From Verrucomicrobiota bacterium (GTDB lineage Bacteria; Verrucomicrobiota; Verrucomicrobiia; Limisphaerales; AAA164-E04), in NCBI GenBank assembly GCA_047947115.1, contig CP170459.1:3456001-3520000 (forward strand): a DNA stretch of 64,000 bases, written 5' to 3'. Position 1 is the stretch's first letter. Every line of letters starts with the position of its first letter. The notes under the pieces were generated by a model, which saw nothing but the letters and a program-made list of their open reading frames with translations, ran no database searches and was not told where the DNA came from. Shown here piece after piece: positions 40,807-52,000 of this stretch. Made by a program: the position numbers and the translations under genes.

Positions 40807-43800
40807 TCTGAAGCGGGTTGGTGAAGCGATCGTTTGTGATTTGGGAAAGTGTTCCGTCCGGCCATCGTACGTCAACTTGCTGTAATTTGTCTGGTGACGT
40901 GGCAAACAGAGTCGGGGAAGATTGGCTGAGGTAGCCGTTTCCGGCATAGATTTCGCGAACTTCTGTTTTTCCGGAAGTGTGCCGGATGGTGATGCGTGAT
41001 CCAATGCCATGCTGATTTCCCGGTCTGCCCAGGAGCCGGATGCCGAGTGGTTGCGATCCGTAAACGGCCTGGTTGATGAATGCCAACAAACGATCGTTGT
41101 TCTGGGTGGCGACCAGATCAGGCCAACCATCCGCATTCAAATCCGTAATCGCAAGACCCTTTCCATCGCCACCGACTTGAAAGCCGGTTTGTTCGAAATC
41201 CTGGATTTGAAAAACTCCATTGGAATCAAATACGCCAGAAAAACCAATGCCGCCGCGCCATAAACCGGTTTCGGGTTCCCGGGTGTAGAAGTTTTGAACG
41301 CCATAGTAGTCGAGTTGACCGTTTCCATCAAAATCGGACACCACGGTTCCATAGCCAGGCGAGGCTTGAATCAACCGAGGAAAGGCTTTCCAATCAAACG
41401 AACCCTTGCCGCCATTGATGAGGATGCCCGACTCGAAATGATTGGCCAAATACTGCCGGGCTGAATTGAGTTGGTTCACCGGGTAGATCTCATTGAGTTT
41501 TGACGATGCAAATTGACGAAAAGTCGGAAACTTCTCTCTCAACCAGGGCATGACCCCTCCTGCAAAACTCAAGCCACGAACAGGAAGGTATCCTTGGTCT
41601 CCTTTGTGAACCTCGATCAGGAAAGGGCGATTGGTTTGATCCATCGCACCATAAAGCAGGATGGCGGGATTGTTTTGACTGGCTGTTTGATACTTCGTGT
41701 TCAAACCGACGTTCATGACCACATAATCCATGTCGCCGTCTTTGTCCACATCCGCGCCGTTGATGACGTTCCACCAACCCAGGCGCCCGGAAAGCTTTCG
41801 GTTTTCGGTTTCGTCCGCCAGTTTGCCGTTGTGGTTTGCAAAGCATTTCACTGGTCCCCATTCAAGTGTGAGCATCAGGTCGAGGGTTCCGTTGGAATCC
41901 GTGTCCGTCCAAAGCGCCGAGGTGACCATTCCGACGGACCGAAGGCCGGGGGCAATTGTGTCCGTGACATCTACGAAGCGTCCACCTTCGTTCCTCAGTA
42001 ACCGGCTTTCCGGAGTGGTCGGGTAATGGGCTGGAACGACGCGTCCTCCGATGAACAGATCCAGATCTCCATCGGCATCAAAATCTGCAGCGACTGCGGG
42101 GCCGCTCGAGATTGGTTTTTGGGGGAGCACCTCTTCAGGAGCCACGGTAAATTTGCCTTTCCCGTCATTCAGGTAAAGCCGATCATTCAAGACGGGATCT
42201 CCCGGGTTGCATTCCACACCGCCACTGGAGACGAACAAGTCAAGATCTCCGTCCAGATCTACATCCAGCCACAAGGGCGCCATGTCTTCGTGGCGTTGGT
42301 GGGAGTTGAAAATGATTTGATTATCAGTGTCTTTTTCAAAATGTCCCGGGCTTATCTGGATAAAAAGAGCTCCGGGCTGTCCGGATGCACCCGCCAGATA
42401 GACGTCTTCGTCTCCGTCACCGTCCACATCTCCCCAGGCCATGCCTCCCCCGAGTTGCGAATGTTTGGACGGTAATAAAGGCTGACGTTGCCGGTCTTCA
42501 AAAATCGTCTCCTGATGTTTGAAATCGAGACCGATCTGCCGGCTCATTTCGATGAAGCGTTTTCGAGGCCTTTCTGTCGTTGGAGCGGCTTGTCGGGTGG
42601 TGGTTTCTTCAATGGTGTAACGCAGGTTTGTTTGCAGGTTGGTGAAAACCTGCTGAACGCCGCTGGGCCAGTTGACGGTCAATTTGCTGATAGTCTTCTC
42701 ATTTCCCAGTCCAAAATGCAGACTTGGTTCGTTGCTGGCCAGGAAACCTGTCATGGGATTGAGCTGTCGAATCTGAGTGCCCAGCTTTTCACTCTCCACA
42801 TGAACAACGGCCCCCAGGCCATACCGATTACTTGGAGTTCCTTTCAGTCGAATGGTGATACGGTTTCCGGAATGGCTGTTGTTTCTGTAAATGCCGACGG
42901 GTTCATTGAGGTCTGCGGTCACCAGGTCCAGGTCGCCGTCCCCATCGAGGTCTCCATAGGCTGCCCCATAACTCATGCCCATATGATCCAGACCCCATGC
43001 TTTGCTGGTATCTTTAAAGATCAGGTCTCCATGGTTTTTAAAAGCGAAATTCTGTTCCCTGAGAGGCGGTGTGTCTTTCCAAAGGTCCCATTCGGTTTTT
43101 CCTATCAGCATGGAAAGTGATATGGGCATGTCGGCGTCGGTTGACATGCGGGATGCGCCGTTGGTGGTGAACACGTCAACCCGGCCATCGTTGTCAAAAT
43201 CCGCCAACTTGATGGCCCAGGTCCAGTCGGTCGCTGCCAGGTTTGCCATGAATGCGACTTCCATGAACCGATCGGTTCCAGTATTCAGGTAAAGCGTGTT
43301 GTGCGATGTTTGACGTGGCCAGACATTTTCCAGAAACCACCGGCGATCGCCCATTTCGCCATTGCTGATGTGCCATTTGTAATGTGTGGTGGCCATCATA
43401 TCCGCACTCATGAAATCAAGCCGCCCGTCGTTGTTCAGATCGGCACAGTCAGCACCCATGGAAGACCAGGTCGTGTAAGGCATCACATCGGCAATGACAT
43501 CTGTGAAAGTCCCGTCGCCATTGTTGCGGTAAAGATGATCCGGATCCGTGAAATCATTGCCTACATAGAGGTCGATTTTGCCATCCGAGTTGTAATCCCA
43601 CCATGTAGCCGAAAAACCGTGACCGTTTTCTGTGATGCCTGCCTGGACGCTGACATCGGTGAACGTGCCGTCCCCGTTATTGCGAAACAAACGGTCAGGG
43701 CGTCCGCAGGTATCCGCAGTGTAGCTGTTGGGACCGGTCTGGCGCAGGTGATAATACTTTTCGTGCTCCGCTAGGATGTAGGGGCGGCCGTTTTTAAATC

Positions 43801-44521
43801 CAACGGGCGGTTTTTGGGGGCGGCCGCCGGGACGAACATACCGATAGGTCAACACAAAGACATCCAGATCACCGTCATTGTCGTAATCGGCAAAAGTCGG
43901 AAAGATACTGGCATCTACCATGTCCAGACCGCAGGCAGCGGCAGATTCGGTGAATGGTTTCCCTGCGCCCTGATTGATGAAAAGTTGATTGGGGGCGTCA
44001 TAATTGCAGACATAGATATCCAGATCTCCATCGTTATCGATGTCTGCCATGGCCGTTCCCGCTCCCCATCGATCCTCACCCGATGTGTTGGATGCTTCGG
44101 TCATGTCCTTGAACTTAAAAGGTGTCTCCTGAATGTAGAGTCGATTGGATTCAGGTGCGTTGACAAGGTAAAGGTCGGGTTTTCCATCACCATTGACATC
44201 GCCGATTGCGATTCCTCCGCATACGGAGCCTGCGTAATTCAGGTAGCTCTTGGGATGGTCCAGGATCATGTTGTTGGAGAAATGCACGCCGGTGTCATCT
44301 GGCAGTAATCGTTCGAACAATGTGGCGGCAGAGATTTTTTGCGACCGGGGTGACAGGGGGGCTTGATGGATTGTGCCATTTGACATGTCCGCAGATTGCA
44401 TGGAACTCACTGCAAGACAGCATCCAAACAGAACCCCTGCGACGAAGAACCAGTCAACCAAGCAAGAACGTTCCCCGGTGGGGAGGGGCGTGAGATGCTG
44501 CCTGGTCAAATGAAGATTCAT
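40784..44521 (-). CDS. CRTAC1-like FG-GAP repeat protein with two ASPIC/UnbV domains
   Basis: Many DxDxDGDLD repeats; ASPIC-like GFLASNEPSLHFGLG...VNWPSG and GNGYLSQS...VRWPDG. Start moved to ATG 44521 because the track start lies inside the repeat array. Confidence 0.88.
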   Translation of the reverse strand: MNLHLTRQHLTPLPTGERSCLVDWFFVAGVLFGCCLAVSSMQSADMSNGTIHQAPLSPRSQKISAATLFERLLPDDTGVHFSNNMILDHPKSYLNYAGSVCGGIAIGDVNGDGKPDLYLVNAPESNRLYIQETPFKFKDMTEASNTSGEDRWGAGTAMADIDNDGDLDIYVCNYDAPNQLFINQGAGKPFTESAAACGLDMVDASIFPTFADYDNDGDLDVFVLTYRYVRPGGRPQKPPVGFKNGRPYILAEHEKYYHLRQTGPNSYTADTCGRPDRLFRNNGDGTFTDVSVQAGITENGHGFSATWWDYNSDGKIDLYVGNDFTDPDHLYRNNGDGTFTDVIADVMPYTTWSSMGADCADLNNDGRLDFMSADMMATTHYKWHISNGEMGDRRWFLENVWPRQTSHNTLYLNTGTDRFMEVAFMANLAATDWTWAIKLADFDNDGRVDVFTTNGASRMSTDADMPISLSMLIGKTEWDLWKDTPPLREQNFAFKNHGDLIFKDTSKAWGLDHMGMSYGAAYGDLDGDGDLDLVTADLNEPVGIYRNNSHSGNRITIRLKGTPSNRYGLGAVVHVESEKLGTQIRQLNPMTGFLASNEPSLHFGLGNEKTISKLTVNWPSGVQQVFTNLQTNLRYTIEETTTRQAAPTTERPRKRFIEMSRQIGLDFKHQETIFEDRQRQPLLPSKHSQLGGGMAWGDVDGDGDEDVYLAGASGQPGALFIQISPGHFEKDTDNQIIFNSHQRHEDMAPLWLDVDLDGDLDLFVSSGGVECNPGDPVLNDRLYLNDGKGKFTVAPEEVLPQKPISSGPAVAADFDADGDLDLFIGGRVVPAHYPTTPESRLLRNEGGRFVDVTDTIAPGLRSVGMVTSALWTDTDSNGTLDLMLTLEWGPVKCFANHNGKLADETENRKLSGRLGWWNVINGADVDKDGDMDYVVMNVGLNTKYQTASQNNPAILLYGAMDQTNRPFLIEVHKGDQGYLPVRGLSFAGGVMPWLREKFPTFRQFASSKLNEIYPVNQLNSARQYLANHFESGILINGGKGSFDWKAFPRLIQASPGYGTVVSDFDGNGQLDYYGVQNFYTREPETGLWRGGIGFSGVFDSNGVFQIQDFEQTGFQVGGDGKGLAITDLNADGWPDLVATQNNDRLLAFINQAVYGSQPLGIRLLGRPGNQHGIGSRITIRHTSGKTEVREIYAGNGYLSQSSPTLFATSPDKLQQVDVRWPDGTLSQITNDRFTNPLQIIQPESK

Positions 44522-44589
44522 GATCTGGTCCGCGTATTTTATGGAGAGCATCAAGTGCAACAAGGATTTTCCGGTCAAGTCCAAGAAAT

Positions 44590-45855
44590 TGGAGGGTCCA
44601 GCGCCTGCTTGAACCCACTTCGGACCTTGTGGCGTTTGAGGGCCGGTCATTGTTCCGTGGAAAAGCTGTTGGCGATCGAATCGCTGTGGTCTGCCCGCGT
44701 TCCGGTTGCTTTGCTCAGGGGGGAGGTAAAGGGGTAAGTATGGGAACGGGGTGGCACCCGTCCCTCCGTTGTAAACAATGGAGGGTCAAGCGCCTGCTTG
44801 AACCCACTTCGGACCTTGTGGCGTTTGAGGGCCGGTCATTGTTCGGTGGAAAAGCTGTTGACGATCGAATCGCTGTGGTCTGCCCGCGTTCCGGTTGCTC
44901 TGCTCAGGCGGGTGGTAAAGGGGTAAGTATGGGAACGGGGTGGCACCCGTCCCTCCGTTGTAAACAATGGAGGGGCAAGCGCCTGCTTGAACCCACTTCG
45001 GACCTTGTGGCGTTTGAGGGCCGGTCATTGTTCGGTGGAAAAGCTGTTGACGATCGAATCGCTGTGGTCTGCCCGCATTCCGGTTGCTTTGCTCAGGGGG
45101 GAGGTAAAGGGGTAAGTATGGGAACGGGGTGGCACCCGTCCCTCCGTTGTAAACAATGGAGGGGCAAGCGCCTGCTTGAACCCACTTCGGACCTTGGGGC
45201 GTTTGAGGGCCGGTCATTGTTCAGTGGAAAAGCTGTTGGCGATCGAATCGCTGTGTGCTGCCAGCGTTCCGGTTGCTTTGCTCAGGGGGGAGATAAAGGG
45301 GTAAGTATGGGAACGGGGTGGCACCCGTCCCTCCGTTGTAAACAATGGAGGGGCAAGCGCCTGCTTGAACCCACTTCGGACCTTGTGGCGTTTGAGGGCC
45401 GGTCATTGTTCCGTGGAAAAGCTGTTGGCGATCGAATCGCTGTGGTCTGCCCGCGTTCCGGTTGCTTTGCTTAGGGGGGCGTAAAGGGGCAAGTATGGGA
45501 ACGGGGTGGCACCCGTCCCTCCGTTGTAAACAATGGTGGGTCAAGCGCCTGCTTGAACCCACTTCGGACCTTGGGGCGTTTGAGGGCCGGTCATTGTTCT
45601 GAGGAAAAGCTGTTGGCGATCGAATCGCTGTGGTCTGCCCGCGTTCCGGTTGCTTTGCTCAGGGGGGTGGTAAAGGGGTAAGTATGGGAACGGGGTGGCA
45701 CCCGTCCCGCCGTTGTAAACAATGGAGGGGCAAGCGCCTGCTTGAACCCACTTCGGACCTTGGGGCATTTGAGGGCCGGTCATTGTTCGGTGGAAAAGCT
45801 GTTGCCGATCGAATCGCCGTGGTCTGCCCGCATTCCGCTTGGCGTTGCTCAGGCG
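44590..45855. repeat. Tandem array of ~6.7 copies of a 189-bp REP-like unit
   Basis: Anchor gcgcctgcttgaacccac starts at 44601, 44790, 44979, 45168, 45357, 45545 and 45734 (period 189, one 188). Confidence 0.97.
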
Positions 45856-45873
45856 AGGGAGTTCCTCATTGTT

Positions 45874-45909
45874 AAAAAGAAAAGCCCGTCCGCTGGGTAG
45901 CGGACGGGC
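45874..45909 (-). terminator. Intrinsic terminator of the LamG/PA14 gene
   Basis: Minus strand gcccgtccgct-accc-agcggacgggc followed by ttttcttttt. Confidence 0.88.
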
Positions 45910-45940
45910 GTGATTAAAGGTCGTTCTTTAGATTGCTCGA

Positions 45941-48832
45941 TTACTCGGCAATGTAGAACTGGGCAGCCTGATCAGGAGACACCGAGTAAGGTGAGGTGGC
46001 TCCGGCCACTGCACTGTAACTTCCGTTGACAGTGGCAGAGGATTTCAGTGTGCCAGTGAACTCAATGACAACGCTTCCGTCTTGCAGTGCGACTGAGCTG
46101 ATGGAACCGCCACCGGTGCTACCGCCACCGATTTCGGTGTCGAAGTCCCAGTGAGCCACCAGGCTTGCAATGTCAGCAGGAGAACCGCCGCCGGCGATGC
46201 CCTTCAATTCTGCTTCAGTCAATGCCTTGGAGAAGATCGCGAAGTCATCATAGACAGCGCGGTCTTTGTTGCCAAGGTCAGCTGCAGAACCAATGAACAA
46301 ACCGGTCACATCGGCGGTCAGCGGATCTGCATCCACACCATCGAGGAACAATTCGCCATCAATACGGATTTCCTTTACGCCACCCTTCTTGGAGAAGGAA
46401 TACAAGTGCCATTCGCTCGTGAAGTCAGGATTGTCATCGAAATCAGCGAGCGGAGCATTGATGCGTTGACCAGGAGATGCACAGCAGCCCTGGGTGTCGA
46501 AGTAGATCTGACCGTTACTCCAAGGCAAGTGAGCTTGGAATCCACGGTTTCCGGAACCAGCGGAGTTCGCGATCCAGACTGCTGAGTTGTTGGCGATCGT
46601 GTGCTTCTTGCTCCACAATGCAACGGTGATTTCGTCGGCAGCGAACAGCGGGTTCAACCAATCGTACTCGGTTACGATAACGGAACCGCCTTCAGGGGTC
46701 AGGTCAAGACCACGATCACCAGGTTTGCCAGAGCGTCCTTCACCATCAGCTGTGGAGACGGCGTTGCCGATCACCAAGCCAGGGTATCCACCGACGTTGT
46801 CCAAAGTAGGACCGCCGTATGCCAGGATGCTGAAGCTCCAATCCATGGTGGCAGGATCGCCAACAGGATCTGGATAGGTCAGCGTAACGTTCACGGTTTG
46901 ACCGGAAGGCCAAAGCTCGGTTGGGGTGTAGGTCAGGGTGGCCACTTTGCCTTCGAGGTTCAAGCTTGTTTCGACCTCGGTGCCGTTCACTGACAGGCTG
47001 GTGTTAGCATTCGTCCAAGCAACAGGACCGTTGTTGTGCACCACGGTGATGCCAGTTGTGGCAGGATTGCGGTCCGTTGCGCCATCAGCAGGAGTGATCG
47101 TGCCGAAGGAACCACCAGGAGGTGTGAGCTGAGGTGTAGCAGAGCTCAGGAACTTGCCAGGAATAGGCTGCAAGTTGGCTGCAGGGGTGTCGTCGTTGAC
47201 GTTACGCCAAGCAACCTGGGCGAAGTCGCCGCCGCCGCCCTCTTTGTAGAGAACCTGGATGAAGTATTTTCTGCCCGCGGTCATGGAGATCGGGGTGAAG
47301 GTGGTTTGATCGGCACCCACTTCTAGGAAAGCGTTACAGCAACCAGGCTCTTCAGCTTGGAATTGCAGGTTGGCTTCATCGTCGTCTGTGCTGATCCACA
47401 ATTCGGAAGCGTCGTCCGAACGCAGGAAGAAGTCGTATTCGCCGGTTTCTTCAGGAGTGATCCAACCTTCGATGACAGCACCATAGTTGTCGTTGCTGTC
47501 ATTCGGGAAGATATCACGGCTGTTGAATGAGAAAACAGGTCCCATGAAATCCCAGTCGTTGGGATAGCGACCATCGTCAAACAGACCGACAACAGGAGTT
47601 CCACCGATACCATACCAGGCTTTGAAGGTCAGGATGCCTTCGGTGCCTTCCACACAGGTGTAGATCTTGCCGCCTGAGTTGTCAGGGATGCTGTTTTTGG
47701 ATTCATCCGTGATGTTGGAAGCAGTGACAGTGTAGCTGGAAGCTGGATTCTGCCGAGCGGTGACGATTGTAATCACACCCTTTTTGTGGGTGATGCTTTC
47801 AATGGCCACAGAGGGGTCAATGGTATAGTTACCAGGATCTGTTGCAGATGCTTCGTCCAATTTTTCGGAGAAGGTCATCGTGATGGTGTTCAGGGAACAA
47901 TCGGTCTCCACAGACACGAACGCAGGATCGGTTGTATCGTTGGGATCGGTTCCTTTTTCGAACTCGGCCAAGTTGTTGTCTCCATCGCCATCAGGATCCG
48001 TGGTGGCATCCGAAGCGTCATTGATATCGAACCCGAACTGCTCTTCCCAGTAATCAGGCAGACCATCGCTGTCAGTGTCAACAGGAGCCTGGAAGGGGGA
48101 TCCACCATTGACTAAGAGTTGGATTTCTTCCTGTGTCAAAGCACCTTTGAAGATGGCGAAGTCGTCAATGATTCCATCGGGCTGATTTTCGTCACTTGCT
48201 GCACCGATGAACAATTGAGTCACGTCGGTGGAGAGTGGTGTTGCATCGTCAGACTCAATCAGGATTTGACCGTCGACATAAACTGTTTTGCGCCCTTCGT
48301 CTTTGACAAAAGCGTAGTGATGCCATGTTTCGGCCCAGTCAATGTCCGGAGCAGCATTGACACGTTGTGTGCCTGCTGCACAACAGCCCATGGTGTCAAA
48401 GTAAATGTTCCCGTTGGACCATGGAATGTGGAACTGAAAATGACGCCCTTGAGTTTCTGATACTGCCCAGAAGCTACTGCTGTCGATATTGGAGAAGTTT
48501 TTCTGCCACACGACGATGGATACTTGATCCTCCTCAGCTGCGAGATTCATGGGGTTGTCTTCGCCTTCCGCTTCAAGCAAAAGGTAACCGGCGTTCGCCT
48601 CGGAGACATCAAAACCGTTGCCGCCTCCGTTAGGACGACCATCGCTCACGACTTGAGCGTCTCCGACGATGATTCCGGTGTATTTGCCGTCGGCCGAACG
48701 GAGTTCATCCCCGTTTGGTTGCGAATTAAAGTCCCATCCGGTCACCAATTGGGCCGCATGGACTTGCGCTGTTGTAGCTCCAGCAGAAGCCAATAAGGCG
48801 ACTGCGAGCCATTTTGTTAATTTATTTCTCAT
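45941..48832 (-). CDS. Secreted LamG / TSP3-like / Ig-like / PA14 / LamG protein
   Basis: Signal peptide, two LamG domains (FQxHxPWSNGxIYFDTxGCC), DTDSDGLPDYWE Ca-binding repeats, PA14 NYG...GWITP...RSDDASELW...KEGGGGD. Confidence 0.88.
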   Translation of the reverse strand: MRNKLTKWLAVALLASAGATTAQVHAAQLVTGWDFNSQPNGDELRSADGKYTGIIVGDAQVVSDGRPNGGGNGFDVSEANAGYLLLEAEGEDNPMNLAAEEDQVSIVVWQKNFSNIDSSSFWAVSETQGRHFQFHIPWSNGNIYFDTMGCCAAGTQRVNAAPDIDWAETWHHYAFVKDEGRKTVYVDGQILIESDDATPLSTDVTQLFIGAASDENQPDGIIDDFAIFKGALTQEEIQLLVNGGSPFQAPVDTDSDGLPDYWEEQFGFDINDASDATTDPDGDGDNNLAEFEKGTDPNDTTDPAFVSVETDCSLNTITMTFSEKLDEASATDPGNYTIDPSVAIESITHKKGVITIVTARQNPASSYTVTASNITDESKNSIPDNSGGKIYTCVEGTEGILTFKAWYGIGGTPVVGLFDDGRYPNDWDFMGPVFSFNSRDIFPNDSNDNYGAVIEGWITPEETGEYDFFLRSDDASELWISTDDDEANLQFQAEEPGCCNAFLEVGADQTTFTPISMTAGRKYFIQVLYKEGGGGDFAQVAWRNVNDDTPAANLQPIPGKFLSSATPQLTPPGGSFGTITPADGATDRNPATTGITVVHNNGPVAWTNANTSLSVNGTEVETSLNLEGKVATLTYTPTELWPSGQTVNVTLTYPDPVGDPATMDWSFSILAYGGPTLDNVGGYPGLVIGNAVSTADGEGRSGKPGDRGLDLTPEGGSVIVTEYDWLNPLFAADEITVALWSKKHTIANNSAVWIANSAGSGNRGFQAHLPWSNGQIYFDTQGCCASPGQRINAPLADFDDNPDFTSEWHLYSFSKKGGVKEIRIDGELFLDGVDADPLTADVTGLFIGSAADLGNKDRAVYDDFAIFSKALTEAELKGIAGGGSPADIASLVAHWDFDTEIGGGSTGGGSISSVALQDGSVVIEFTGTLKSSATVNGSYSAVAGATSPYSVSPDQAAQFYIAE

Positions 48833-49078
48833 AAGTTACACTATTTTGAGTAAGTAACGTTTGGGTTTCACTGCAACGTTCACCAAATTACAGCCAACGG
48901 GTACACGGCACACACGGTTTATTTCGCCGCGTACCCGTTGCACTGATATCATTGGTGAGAAGGCATCCTGCTAAAAAAACAGGCCCAGTGTCAAGAATGG
49001 AACTTCTGCAAGTAGAAAAATGTAAAAAATTCAACCTAAGTGCTTGATGAGAGTAAATCGGAAGCCTTTTCGGATGCC

Positions 49079-52000
49079 TCAGGGCTGCATTGCAGGCAGT
49101 GTGAATGCCCTTTTCTGGCGATATCCATTCACTCGTTGCTGGATCTGTGTGGTTTGCTGGCTTCCGGATGGAAGATGTTGCAATGCTCTTTGGGCTGTTC
49201 GTATGGCCAGATCAAATTGACCATCGGCTGCATAGGCCGCGGCGAGGACATCCAATGTTTCCGGCGCCTGGTTTCCGGTTTGCTCGCATGCCTTCCTGGC
49301 AAGCTGAATGGCTTGAGAGGGGCTCAACAGTTCCGGCTCCGGAGCAGTTGCCAACAGCCATCCCAAAGCAGCGGTGGCTCTCAAATGTTCCGCATCCATC
49401 TCCAGAACCCGGCGATAGTCGGCCATCGCAGATTTGAACCGTCCCGAGGACTGGAAAAACATGGCTCTCGCGTATGGGTGTTCGGTGTCGTGTGGCGCGA
49501 GTCTGATGGCTTCGTTGAATAATTCTTCCGCCAAGGAAACATCAGAGGTCGAGGCTTCCATTGCCGCATTTCTGCAGAGAAGGGATGCCCTTTCTTTTTC
49601 GCCTGGATGGATCAGCTCTACCTTGGCCAGGTAGTCGGCCAAATCGGAAAAGCGTTTCTTTTCTCCCAGGATGGTTGCCAGAGCCAAATGGTCGGGAGGA
49701 TAGGGTTCCACATACCATCTGCCTGCATAGGGAACCGCGTGCTGCCGGTCATGACCTTGGCGGAAAAGTGTTTGGGTGTCTGTGGTCAGGGTGTCCAATG
49801 TCGGGCTGCCTTCGTAAAATGCCAGCAATCTGTTTTCTTCATCGAGCAGGAGGGAGCAGGGGATGGACCAGGTCCATTGTCTGCCAAGGATGGTTTCACG
49901 CGCGGCATCTGCAATTTCCATCAATGAAGAGGTTGCCAACCCGCTGTTCAGGGTCCAGTTTTGGCGGCGCCACATGCGCTGCACGGTGCTCATTCGCTCA
50001 GGCGACGGTTTGTTCAGGTCATCCAGGTTCAGCGGTAAAATATCCAATCCCTGCTTGGACAGGTTTTCTTGATGCCGGTTGAGCTGGGTGAGTTCCTGGA
50101 CGCATGGCAGACACCAGGTCGCCCACAGGACGATCAACTTCCTTCGGCCAGTGGCGGTTAACTGTTTGTCAGTCCCTTCTTTATCCACGTAAGAAATCGT
50201 TGGCAAGGGCAAGGGACTGTGAGGAATCATTCTACTGACTTTTGGTGCGGGCAAATCCGGGGCTTTGGACGGTATCAGGTTCTGCCGGATTCGGGGCGAG
50301 CCCAGCGAGGTGGGTTCAGCCTCGTTTTGAGTCAGTTGCAGGAGCGTTGCGTTTGCCGGAGGTGTCCAGGATTGGTTCCGACCATTGGGCCAGCGCACTT
50401 TGATGGTTGATACGGAGCCGTCCGTCCCCAGGCCGAAATGCAGGCTCTGGCTGGACTGTGCCAGGTAACCTTCACCGGCCCTCAAAGTGCGCACCTGACG
50501 TTGCCCGGCAGCATCAACAACCTCGACTCTTGATCCGATTCCATGCCGGTTGCCATTGAGACTTTGCAATTGGATGCGGAGGGATTTTGCTGCCGAATGA
50601 TTGTCGTTTCGAAGAAATCTAAGCCGAGGTGCAGTGCGCTGAGTGATCCAGAGATCCAGATCTCCGTCATGATCCCAATCGACCAGAGCCATGCCCCGGC
50701 CGTCCGCAGGGGAATCAAATCCGGTCAAGGCAGACACCCCCGCAAATCTTCCATCCCGGGTGTTCAGAAAGGCGACGTTGCGTTCGTTTCCGCTCCAGTT
50801 ATGCCCGCTTTCGACCAGATCGGCGGTGGCTTCCCATGCGGCGAGGTAGCCGTCGGCCGAGTTTTCGGTCTGGTTGTTGGTGGGGGCTTCCTCCGGTGAT
50901 TGCGACGTGACCCGCCGCCAGAAGAAACTTCACAAATCCCCGGTATCGGGCGTACCGGTGACCATTCCATTTGCCACAATCAGGTCCTCCCACCCATCAT
51001 TATTGAAGTCGACAAAATTTGAACTCCATGCCCAGCGTCCGAGAGTGACACCCGCTTCCTCGCTGACATCCAGAAAGGTTCCGTCCCCCTGGTTTGAAAA
51101 CAGGCTGTTTCCTCTGGCGTGTCGTTGAAACCCGGATGCATCCTGTCCGTCGCGGTAACGGCGCTGAAATGCGATGCGATTGCCCGCCGAGGAGAACATG
51201 TTTCCCACATAGAGGTCCATCCAGCCGTCGCGGTTGAAATCCCCCCAACTCACCGACATGCCCGCTGACAAATCTTCCACGCCTGCTTGTGCGGCGATGT
51301 CGGTGAAGTGACCTCCGTCATTGCGATACAAATTGTTTCTTCCAAAATCATTGGCAACGTACAAATCAGGATCCCCGTCATTATCAAAATCCTCCCAAGA
51401 AGCGGCGTAGCTGAATCGTTGGTTGTTCTGATTCAATCCTGTTTCGGTCGTGACATCGTCAAACTGCCATCGCCGGTTTCGAAGCAGGAAGTTCTGCACG
51501 CCATTGTTTGCGTCGTGGTAGGGCATGGGGCGTCCCAGACCTAACCGGTCTCCGGATCGATCATAGTAGCCGCACAAAAAAACGTCCAGCAGACCGTCCA
51601 CGTCATAATCGATGGCTGAGATTGAGCGTATGATGGAGTTCGAAGAGAATTGAGTGCGTCGTTCGAAATGTCCCGTTCCATCATTGGCAAAGAACAGGAC
51701 ATGGCGACCGGATGCCATGACCAGATCCAGATCTAGATCATTGTCCAGATCCACCAGCAGCGCGCTGGCGGTGGGTTCCAGATAATCCAGCCCTGCTTCC
51801 GCTGACGCATCCAGGACGGTACCATCTTTGTTTTGCATCAGCAGTCGATTGGGCAGGCCTCCAGGTTCGCAGACGTAAAGATCTTCCAATCCATCCCCGT
51901 TGACATCGCCGACGGCCAGTCCGTGGGGGCCGGTGACGTCCAGCGTGAAACGCCAGTCCAAATGCTTTCGCCAATGATCGATGCCTCGGAGCAGTGGATC

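Noticed and set aside
44601..44625. tRNA-like T-loop (minus strand gggttcaag) in the repeat unit; possible tRNA-Sec
   Set aside because: No acceptor stem, anticodon arm or closed T-stem could be built.
44590..45855. CRISPR array
   Set aside because: Units are near-identical over the whole 189 bp with no unique spacers, and no cas genes are in the window.
44629..45875. Repeat-protein ORFs (281, 143, 113, 80 and 81 aa) in the array
   Set aside because: By-products of a period divisible by 3; open on both strands, broken by a 1-bp deletion and stops, with no recognisable domain.
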